Shown here one piece after another: positions 53,101 to 64,000 of a DNA stretch of 64,000 nucleotides. Source of the stretch: Auanema rhodensis. Its lineage: Eukaryota > Animalia > Nematoda. Every line of letters begins with the position of its first letter. Position 1 is the first letter of the stretch. A program made the position numbers and the translations under genes. The stretch covers positions 21,204,001 through 21,268,000 of the forward strand of contig OZ059900.1 of NCBI GenBank assembly GCA_964057225.1. The letters are read 5' to 3'. The notes beneath the pieces are model-generated. The model saw nothing but the letters and a program-made list of their open reading frames with translations. It did no database searches and was not told where the DNA came from.

Positions 53101-56100
53101 ATATGCTAATTTCCTTAATTTTCTAACCCCTGTTTTTTTGTCGTGAAAGTGGAACTAGACGTTGTACGAACAATTTTGAGCTAGGTTTCATTGACATTGC
53201 ATGAGTTTGAACACATGAAATCGTAAGTCAAAACCTTGTTTACAGCGAAAATTCCAAAAACTGGTTTTCCAGCATAATAAAATATTTCTCATGGGAAATA
53301 CTGTGTTTTTGTATTTTTCTAGTGTTCAGCATGTAAAATACTTCATTTTAGTATGTAACACGCTGAAATTCGTTGCATTTGACGACTCATATGAACAAAA
53401 ATCGATTTAATCAATATTAGCCATAAGGGGCGTGCCCTCAGAATATGCTAATTTCCTTAATTTTCTAACCCCTGTTTTTTTGTCGTGAAAGTGGAACTAG
53501 ACGTTGTACGAACAATTTTGAGCTAGGTTTCATTGACATTGCATGAGTTTGAACACATGAAATCGTAAGTCAAAACCTTGTTTACAGCGAAAATTCCAAA
53601 AACTGGTTTTCCAGCATAATAAAATATTTCTCATGGGAAATACTGTGTTTTTGTATTTTTCTAGTGTTCAGCATGTAAAATGCTTCATTTTAGTATGTAA
53701 CACGCTGAAATTCGTTGCATTTGACTACTCATATGAACAAAAATCGATTTAATCAATATTAGCCATAAGGGGCGTGCCCTCAGAATATGCTAATTTCCTT
53801 AATTTTCTAACCCCTGTTTTTTTGTCGTGAAAGTGGAACTAGACGTTGTACAAACAATTTTGAGCTAGGTTTCATTGACATTGCATGAGTTTGAACACAT
53901 GAAATCGTAAGTCAAAACCTTGTTTACAGCGAAATTTCCAAAAACTGGTTTTCCAGCATAATAAAATATTTCTCATGAGAAATACTGTGTTTTTGTATTT
54001 TTCTAGTGTTCAGCATGTAAAATGCTTAATTTAAGTATGTAACACGATGAAATTCGTTGCATTTGACGACTCATATGAACAAAAATCGATTTAATCAATA
54101 TTAGCCATAAGGGGCGTGCCCTCAGAATATGCTAATTTCATTAATTTTCTAACCCCTGTTTTTTTGTCGTGAAAGTGGAACTAGACGTTGTACAAACAAT
54201 TTTGAGCTAGGTTTCATTGACATTGCATGAGTTTGAACACATGGAATCGTAAGTCAAAACCTTGTTTACAGCGAAATTTCCAAAAACTGGTTTTCCAGCA
54301 TAATAAAATATTTCTCATGGGAAATACTGTGTTTTTGTATTTTTCTAGTGTTCAGCATGTAAAATACTTCATTTTAGTATGTAACACGCTGAAATTCGTT
54401 GCATTTGACGACTCATATGAACAAAAATCGATTTAATCAATATTAGCCATAAGGGGCGTGCCCTCAGAATATGCTAATTTCCTTAATTTTCTAACCCCTG
54501 TTTTTTTGTCGTGAAAGTGGAACTAGACGTTGTACGAACAATTTTGAGCTAGGTTTCATTGACATTGCATGAGTTTGAACACATGAAATCGTAAGTCAAA
54601 ACCTTGTTTACAGCGAAAATTCCAAAAACTGGTTTTCCAGCATAATAAAATATTTCTCATGGGAAATACTGTGTTTTTGTATTTTTCTAGTGTTCAGCAT
54701 GTAAAATGCTTCATTTTAGTATGTAACACGCTGAAATTCGTTGCATTTGACGACTCATATGAACAAAAATCGATTTAATCAATATTAGCCATAAGGGGCG
54801 TGCCCTCAGAATATGCTAATTTCCTTAATTTTCTAACCCCTGTTTTTTTGTCGTGAAAGTGGAACTAGACGTTGTACAAACAATTTTGAGCTAGGTTTCA
54901 TTGACATTGCATGAGTTTGAACACATGGAATCGTAAGTCAAAACCTTGTTTACAGCGAAATTTCCAAAAACTGGTTTTCCAGCATAATAAAATATTTCTC
55001 ATGGGAAATACTGTGTTTTTGTATTTTTCTAGTGTTCAGCATGTAAAATGCTTCATTTTAGTATGTAACACGCTGAAATTCGTTGCATTTGACGACTCAT
55101 ATGAACAAAAATCGATTTAATCAATATTAGCCATAAGGGGCGTGCCCTCAGAATATGCTAATTTCCTTAATTTTCTAACCCCTGTTTTTTTGTCGTGAAA
55201 GTGGAACTAGACGTTGTACGAACAATTTTGAGCTAGGTTTCATTGACATTGCATGAGTTTGAACACATGAAATCGTAAGTCAAAACCTTGTTTACAGCGA
55301 AAATTCCAAAAACTGGTTTTCCAGCATAATAAAATATTTCTCATGGGAAATACTGTGTTTTTGTATTTTTCTAGTGTTCAGCATGTAAAATACTTCATTT
55401 TAGTATGTAACACGCTGAAATTCGTTGCATTTGACGACTCATATGAACAAAAATCGATTTAATCAATATTAGCCATAAGGGGCGTGCCCTCAGAATATGC
55501 TAATTTCCTAAATTTTCTAACCCCTGTTTTTTTGTCGTGAAAGTGGAACTAGACGTTGTACGAACAATTTTGAGCTAGGTTTCATTGACATTGCATGAGT
55601 TTGAACACATGAAATCGTAAGTCAAAACCTTGTTTACAGCGAAATTTCCAAAAACTGGTTTTCCAGCATAATAAAATATTTCTCATGGGAAATACTGTGT
55701 TTTTGTATTTTTCTAGTGTTCAGCATGTAAAATGCTTCATTTTAGTATGTAACACGCTGAAATTCGTTGCATTTGACGACTCATATGAACAAAAATCGAT
55801 TTAATCAATATTAGCCATAAGGGGCGTGCCCTCAGAATATGCTAATTTCCTTAATTTTCTAACCCCTGTTTTTTTGTCGTGAAAGTGGAACTAGACGTTG
55901 TACGAACAATTTTGAGCTAGGTTTCATTGACATTGCATGAGTTTGAACACATGAAATCGTAAGTCAAAACCTTGTTTACAGCGAAAATTCCAAAAACTGG
56001 TTTTCCAGCATAATAAAATATTTCTCATGGGAAATACTGTGTTTTTGTATTTTTCTAGTGTTCAGCATGTAAAATGCTTCATTTTAGTATGTAACACGCT

Positions 56101-59100
56101 GAAATTCGTTGCATTTGACTACTCATATGAACAAAAATCGATTTAATCAATATTAGCCATAAGGGGCGTGCCCTCAGAATATGCTAATTTCCTTAATTTT
56201 CTAACCCCTGTTTTTTTGTCGTGAAAGTGGAACTAGACGTTGTACAAACAATTTTGAGCTAGGTTTCATTGACATTGCATGAGTTTGAACACATGAAATC
56301 GTAAGTCAAAACCTTGTTTACAGCGAAATTTCCAAAAACTGGTTTTCCAGCATAATAAAATATTTCTCATGAGAAATACTGTGTTTTTGTATTTTTCTAG
56401 TGTTCAGCATGTAAAATGCTTAATTTAAGTATGTAACACGATGAAATTCGTTGCATTTGACGACTCATATGAACAAAAATCGATTTAATCAATATTAGCC
56501 ATAAGGGGCGTGCCCTCAGAATATGCTAATTTCATTAATTTTCTAACCCCTGTTTTTTTGTCGTGAAAGTGGAACTAGACGTTGTACAAACAATTTTGAG
56601 CTAGGTTTCATTGACATTGCATGAGTTTGAACACATGGAATCGTAAGTCAAAACCTTGTTTACAGCGAAATTTCCAAAAACTGGTTTTCCAGCATAATAA
56701 AATATTTCTCATGGGAAATACTGTGTTTTTGTATTTTTCTAGTGTTCAGCATGTAAAATACTTCATTTTAGTATGTAACACGCTGAAATTCGTTGCACTT
56801 GACGACTCATATGAACAAAAATCGATTTAATCAATATTAGCCATAAGGGGCGTGCCCTCAGAATATGCTAATTTCCTTAATTTTCTAACCCCTGTTTTTT
56901 TGTCGTGAAAGTGGAACTAGACGTTGTACGAACAATTTTGAGCTAGGTTTCATTGACATTGCATGAGTTTGAACACATGAAATCGTAAGTCAAAACCTTG
57001 TTTACAGCGAAAATTCCAAAAACTGGTTTTCCAGCATAATAAAATATTTCTCATGGGAAATACTGTGTTTTTGTATTTTTCTAGTGTTCAGCATGTAAAA
57101 TGCTTCATTTTAGTATGTAACACGCTGAAATTCGTTGCATTTGACGACTCATATGAACAAAAATCGATTTAATCAATATTAGCCATAAGGGGCGTGCCCT
57201 CAGAATATGCTAATTTCCTTAATTTTCTAACCCCTGTTTTTTTGTCGTGAAAGTGGAACTAGACGTTGTACAAACAATTTTGAGCTAGGTTTCATTGACA
57301 TTGCATGAGTTTGAACACATGGAATCGTAAGTCAAAACCTTGTTTACAGCGAAATTTCCAAAAACTGGTTTTCCAGCATAATAAAATATTTCTCATGGGA
57401 AATACTGTGTTTTTGTATTTTTCTAGTGTTCAGCATGTAAAATGCTTCATTTTAGTATGTAACACGCTGAAATTCGTTGCATTTGACGACTCATATGAAC
57501 AAAAATCGATTTAATCAATATTAGCCATAAGGGGCGTGCCCTCAGAATATGCTAATTTCCTTAATTTTCTAACCCCTGTTTTTTTGTCGTGAAAGTGGAA
57601 CTAGACGTTGTACGAACAATTTTGAGCTAGGTTTCATTGACATTGCATGAGTTTGAACACATGAAATCGTAAGTCAAAACCTTGTTTACAGCGAAAATTC
57701 CAAAAACTGGTTTTCCAGCATAATAAAATATTTCTCATGGGAAATACTGTGTTTTTGTATTTTTCTAGTGTTCAGCATGTAAAATACTTCATTTTAGTAT
57801 GTAACACGCTGAAATTCGTTGCATTTGACGACTCATATGAACAAAAATCGATTTAATCAATATTAGCCATAAGGGGCGTGCCCTCAGAATATGCTAATTT
57901 CCTAAATTTTCTAACCCCTGTTTTTTTGTCGTGAAAGTGGAACTAGACGTTGTACGAACAATTTTGAGCTAGGTTTCATTGACATTGCATGAGTTTGAAC
58001 ACATGAAATCGTAAGTCAAAACCTTGTTTACAGCGAAATTTCCAAAAACTGGTTTTCCAGCATAATAAAATATTTCTCATGGGAAATACTGTGTTTTTGT
58101 ATTTTTCTAGTGTTCAGCATGTAAAATGCTTCATTTTAGTATGTAACACGCTGAAATTCGTTGCATTTGACGACTCATATGAACAAAAATCGATTTAATC
58201 AATATTAGCCATAAGGGGCGTGCCCTCAGAATATGCTAATTTCCTTAATTTTCTAACCCCTGTTTTTTTGTCGTGAAAGTGGAACTAGACGTTGTACGAA
58301 CAATTTTGAGCTAGGTTTCATTGACATTGCATGAGTTTGAACACATGAAATCGTAAGTCAAAACCTTGTTTACAGCGAAAATTCCAAAAACTGGTTTTCC
58401 AGCATAATAAAATATTTCTCATGGGAAATACTGTGTTTTTGTATTTTTCTAGTGTTCAGCATGTAAAATGCTTCATTTTAGTATGTAACACGCTGAAATT
58501 CGTTGCATTTGACTACTCATATGAACAAAAATCGATTTAATCAATATTAGCCATAAGGGGCGTGCCCTCAGAATATGCTAATTTCCTTAATTTTCTAACC
58601 CCTGTTTTTTTGTCGTGAAAGTGGAACTAGACGTTGTACAAACAATTTTGAGCTAGGTTTCATTGACATTGCATGAGTTTGAACACATGAAATCGTAAGT
58701 CAAAACCTTGTTTACAGCGAAATTTCCAAAAACTGGTTTTCCAGCATAATAAAATATTTCTCATGAGAAATACTGTGTTTTTGTATTTTTCTAGTGTTCA
58801 GCATGTAAAATGCTTAATTTTAGTATGTAACACGATGAAATTCGTTGCATTTGACGACTCATATGAACAAAAATCGATTTAATCAATATTAGCCATAAGG
58901 GGCGTGCCCTCAGAATATGCTAATTTCATTAATTTTCTAACCCCTGTTTTTTTGTCGTGAAAGTGGAACTAGACGTTGTAGGAACAATTTTGAGCTAGGT
59001 TTCATTGACATTGCATGAGTTTGAACACATGAAATCGTAAGTCAAAACCTTGTTTACAGCGAAATTTCCAAAAACTGGTTTTCCAGCATAATAAAATATT

Positions 59101-62100
59101 TCTCATGGGAAATACTGTGTTTTTGTATTTTTCTAGTGTTCAGCATGTAAAATGCTTCATTTTAGTATGTAACACGCTGAAATTCGTTGCATTTGACGAC
59201 TCATATGAACAAAAATCGATTTAATCAATATTAGCCATAAGGGGCGTGCCCTCAGAATATGCTAATTTCCTTAATTTTCTAACCCCTGTTTTTTTGTCGT
59301 GAAAGTGGAACTAGACGTTGTACGAACAATTTTGAGCTAGGTTTCATTGACATTGCATGAGTTTGAACACATGAAATCGTAAGTCAAAACCTTGTTTACA
59401 GCGAAAATTCCAAAAACTGGTTTTCCAGCATAATAAAATATTTCTCATGGGAAATACTGTGTTTTTGTATTTTTCTAGTGTTCAGCATGTAAAATACTTC
59501 ATTTTAGTATGTAACACGCTGAAATTCGTTGCATTTGACGACTCATATGAACAAAAATCGATTTAATCAATATTAGCCATAAGGGGCGTGCCCTCAGAAT
59601 ATGCTAATTTCCTAAATTTTCTAACCCCTGTTTTTTTGTCGTGAAAGTGGAACTAGACGTTGTACGAACAATTTTGAGCTAGGTTTCATTGACATTGCAT
59701 GAGTTTGAACACATGAAATCGTAAGTCAAAACCTTGTTTACAGCGAAATTTCCAAAAACTGGTTTTCCAGCATAATAAAATATTTCTCATGGGAAATACT
59801 GTGTTTTTGTATTTTTCTAGTGTTCAGCATGTAAAATGCTTCATTTTAGTATGTAACACGCTGAAATTCGTTGCATTTGACGACTCATATGAACAAAAAT
59901 CGATTTAATCAATATTAGCCATAAGGGGCGTGCCCTCAGAATATGCTAATTTCCTTAATTTTCTAACCCCTGTTTTTTTGTCGTGAAAGTGGAACTAGAC
60001 GTTGTACGAACAATTTTGAGCTAGGTTTCATTGACATTGCATGAGTTTGAACACATGAAATCGTAAGTCAAAACCTTGTTTACAGCGAAAATTCCAAAAA
60101 CTGGTTTTCCAGCATAATAAAATATTTCTCATGGGAAATACTGTGTTTTTGTATTTTTCTAGTGTTCAGCATGTAAAATGCTTCATTTTAGTATGTAACA
60201 CGCTGAAATTCGTTGCATTTGACTACTCATATGAACAAAAATCGATTTAATCAATATTAGCCATAAGGGGCGTGCCCTCAGAATATGCTAATTTCCTTAA
60301 TTTTCTAACCCCTGTTTTTTTGTCGTGAAAGTGGAACTAGACGTTGTACAAACAATTTTGAGCTAGGTTTCATTGACATTGCATGAGTTTGAACACATGA
60401 AATCGTAAGTCAAAACCTTGTTTACAGCGAAATTTCCAAAAACTGGTTTTCCAGCATAATAAAATATTTCTCATGAGAAATACTGTGTTTTTGTATTTTT
60501 CTAGTGTTCAGCATGTAAAATGCTTAATTTAAGTATGTAACACGATGAAATTCGTTGCATTTGACGACTCATATGAACAAAAATCGATTTAATCAATATT
60601 AGCCATAAGGGGCGTGCCCTCAGAATATGCTAATTTCATTAATTTTCTAACCCCTGTTTTTTTGTCGTGAAAGTGGAACTAGACGTTGTACAAACAATTT
60701 TGAGCTAGGTTTCATTGACATTGCATGAGTTTGAACACATGGAATCGTAAGTCAAAACCTTGTTTACAGCGAAATTTCCAAAAACTGGTTTTCCAGCATA
60801 ATAAAATATTTCTCATGGGAAATACTGTGTTTTTGTATTTTTCTAGTGTTCAGCATGTAAAATACTTCATTTTAGTATGTAACACGCTGAAATTCGTTGC
60901 ATTTGACGACTCATATGAACAAAAATCGATTTAATCAATATTAGCCATAAGGGGCGTGCCCTCAGAATATGCTAATTTCCTTAATTTTCTAACCCCTGTT
61001 TTTTTGTCGTGAAAGTGGAACTAGACGTTGTACGAACATTTTTGAGCTAGGTTTCATTGACATTGCATGAGTTTGAACACATGAAATCGTAAGTCAAAAC
61101 CTTGTTTACAGCGAAAATTCCAAAAACTGGTTTTCCAGCATAATAAAATATTTCTCATGGGAAATACTGTGTTTTTGTATTTTTCTAGTGTTCAGCATGT
61201 AAAATGCTTCATTTTAGTATGTAACACGCTGAAATTCGTTGCATTTGACGACTCATATGAACAAAAATCGATTTAATCAATATTAGCCATAAGGGGCGTG
61301 CCCTCAGAATATGCTAATTTCCTTAATTTTCTAACCCCTGTTTTTTTGTCGTGAAAGTGGAACTAGACGTTGTACGAACAATTTTGAGCTAGGTTTCATT
61401 GACATTGCATGAGTTTGAACACATGAAATCGTAAGTCAAAACCTTGTTTACAGCGAAAATTCCAAAAACTGGTTTTCCAGCATAATAAAATATTTCTCAT
61501 GGGAAATACTGTGTTTTTGTATTTTTCTAGTGTTCAGCATGTAAAATACTTCATTTTAGTATGTAACACGCTGAAATTCGTTGCATTTGACGACTCATAT
61601 GAACAAAAATCGATTTAATCAATATTAGCCATAAGGGGCGTGCCCTCAGAATATGCTAATTTCCTAAATTTTCTAACCCCTGTTTTTTTGTCGTGAAAGT
61701 GGAACTAGACGTTGTACGAACAATTTTGAGCTAGGTTTCATTGACATTGCATGAGTTTGAACACATGAAATCGTAAGTCAAAACCTTGTTTACAGCGAAA
61801 TTTCCAAAAACTGGTTTTCCAGCATAATAAAATATTTCTCATGGGAAATACTGTGTTTTTGTATTTTTCTAGTGTTCAGCATGTAAAATGCTTCATTTTA
61901 GTATGTAACACGCTGAAATTCGTTGCATTTGACGACTCATATGAACAAAAATCGATTTAATCAATATTAGCCATAAGGGGCGTGCCCTCAGAATATGCTA
62001 ATTTCCTTAATTTTCTAACCCCTGTTTTTTTGTCGTGAAAGTGGAACTAGACGTTGTACGAACAATTTTGAGCTAGGTTTCATTGACATTGCATGAGTTT

Positions 62101-64000
62101 GAACACATGAAATCGTAAGTCAAAACCTTGTTTACAGCGAAAATTCCAAAAACTGGTTTTCCAGCATAATAAAATATTTCTCATGGGAAATACTGTGTTT
62201 TTGTATTTTTCTAGTGTTCAGCATGTAAAATGCTTCATTTTAGTATGTAACACGCTGAAATTCGTTGCATTTGACTACTCATATGAACAAAAATCGATTT
62301 AATCAATATTAGCCATAAGGGGCGTGCCCTCAGAATATGCTAATTTCCTTAATTTTCTAACCCCTGTTTTTTTGTCGTGAAAGTGGAACTAGACGTTGTA
62401 CAAACAATTTTGAGCTAGGTTTCATTGACATTGCATGAGTTTGAACACATGAAATCGTAAGTCAAAACCTTGTTTACAGCGAAATTTCCAAAAACTGGTT
62501 TTCCAGCATAATAAAATATTTCTCATGAGAAATACTGTGTTTTTGTATTTTTCTAGTGTTCAGCATGTAAAATGCTTAATTTTAGTATGTAACACGATGA
62601 AATTCGTTGCATTTGACGACTCATATGAACAAAAATCGATTTAATCAATATTAGCCATAAGGGGCGTGCCCTCAGAATATGCTAATTTCATTAATTTTCT
62701 AACCCCTGTTTTTTTGTCGTGAAAGTGGAACTAGACGTTGTAGGAACAATTTTGAGCTAGGTTTCATTGACATTGCATGAGTTTGAACACATGAAATCGT
62801 AAGTCAAAACCTTGTTTACAGCGAAATTTCCAAAAACTGGTTTTCCAGCATAATAAAATATTTCTCATGGGAAATACTGTGTTTTTGTATTTTTCTAGTG
62901 TTCAGCATGTAAAATGCTTCATTTTAGTATGTAACACGCTGAAATTCGTTGCATTTGACGACTCATATGAACAAAAATCGATTTAATCAATATTAGCCAT
63001 AAGGGGCGTGCCCTCAGAATATGCTAATTTCCTTAATTTTCTAACCCCTGTTTTTTTGTCGTGAAAGTGGAACTAGACGTTGTACGAACAATTTTGAGCT
63101 AGGTTTCATTGACATTGCATGAGTTTGAACACATGAAATCGTAAGTCAAAACCTTGTTTACAGCGAAAATTCCAAAAACTGGTTTTCCAGCATAATAAAA
63201 TATTTCTCATGGGAAATACTGTGTTTTTGTATTTTTCTAGTGTTCAGCATGTAAAATACTTCATTTTAGTATGTAACACGCTGAAATTCGTTGCATTTGA
63301 CGACTCATATGAACAAAAATCGATTTAATCAATATTAGCCATAAGGGGCGTGCCCTCAGAATATGCTAATTTCCTAAATTTTCTAACCCCTGTTTTTTTG
63401 TCGTGAAAGTGGAACTAGACGTTGTACGAACAATTTTGAGCTAGGTTTCATTGACATTGCATGAGTTTGAACACATGAAATCGTAAGTCAAAACCTTGTT
63501 TACAGCGAAAATTCCAAAAACTGGTTTTCCAGCATAATAAAATATTTCTCATGGGAAATACTGTGTTTTTGTATTTTTCTAGTGTTCAGCATGTAAAATG
63601 CTTCATTTTAGTATGTAACACGCTGAAATTCGTTGCATTTGACTACTCATATGAACAAAAATCGATTTAATCAATATTAGCCATAAGGGGCGTGCCCTCA
63701 GAATATGCTAATTTCCTAAATTTTCTAACCCCTGTTTTTTTGTCGTGAAAGTGGAACTAGACGTTGTACGAACAATTTTGAGCTAGGTTTCATTGACATT
63801 GCATGAGTTTGAACACATGAAATCGTAAGTCAAAACCTTGTTTACAGCGAAAATTCCAAAAACTGGTTTTCCAGCATAATAAAATATTTCTCATGGGAAA
63901 TACTGTGTTTTTGTATTTTTCTAGTGTTCAGCATGTAAAATGCTTCATTTTAGTATGTAACACGCTGAAATTCGTTGCATTTGACTACTCATATGAACAA
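29138..64000 (-). repeat. 342-bp satellite array, inverted orientation (about 102 monomers), running off the window end
   Basis: Reverse-complement monomer (CATAAGGGGCGTGCCCTCAGAATATGC...) repeats with a 342-bp period. It carries its own variants, e.g. GGGTATTACT, GCGAAAATTCC, CATGAGAAA, CACATGGAA, TTCCTAAA. Confidence 0.99.
39900..64000 (-). repeat. Irregular higher-order repeat domain, modal unit 7 monomers (2394 bp)
   Basis: A marker monomer (CATGAGAAA with CACGATGAAA and TTTCATTAA) lies at 40302, 42696, 44064, 48166, 51926, 53978, 56372, 58766, 60476 and 62528, giving spacings of 7, 4, 12, 11, 6, 7, 7, 5 and 6 monomers. Confidence 0.82.

Noticed and set aside
38157-60934. Thirteen near-identical 69-aa ORFs (MSLNTWNRKSK...)
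   Set aside because: They appear only where a single TGA>TGG variant opens a frame in the satellite monomer. There is no recognisable domain or gene context, and most monomers keep the stop.
1-64000. CRISPR array or repeat-spacer system
   Set aside because: No unique spacers; the full 342 bp is repeated head to tail and there are no cas genes.

Overview
The whole 64 kb window is one AT-rich (about 34% GC, hand count of one monomer) tandem satellite DNA array with a 342-bp monomer, about 186-187 copies that differ from consensus by only a few bases each. It is most plausibly (peri)centromeric or heterochromatic DNA from a eukaryotic assembly. I find no credible genes, RNA genes, transposons or CRISPR arrays; every ORF in the track is a by-product of the repeat or of the N gap. 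There are three blocks: (1) 1-26516, about 77.6 monomers in one orientation; (2) 26515-28937, about 7 monomers in the opposite orientation, joined to block 1 at a base-resolved inversion junction with 2-bp microhomology; (3) a 200-N gap (28938-29137) followed by about 102 more inverted monomers with a largely different set of variants. Diagnostic variants show local multi-monomer duplications (2-, 3-, 7-, 9-, 12/10-, 16- and 19-mers), i.e. nascent, unstable higher-order repeats. The monomer has several short dyad symmetries, a CENP-B-box-like 17-mer and weak traces of an ancestral dimer of about 171 bp. I could not assign the satellite to a named family or species, and I see no evidence of a novel gene system.
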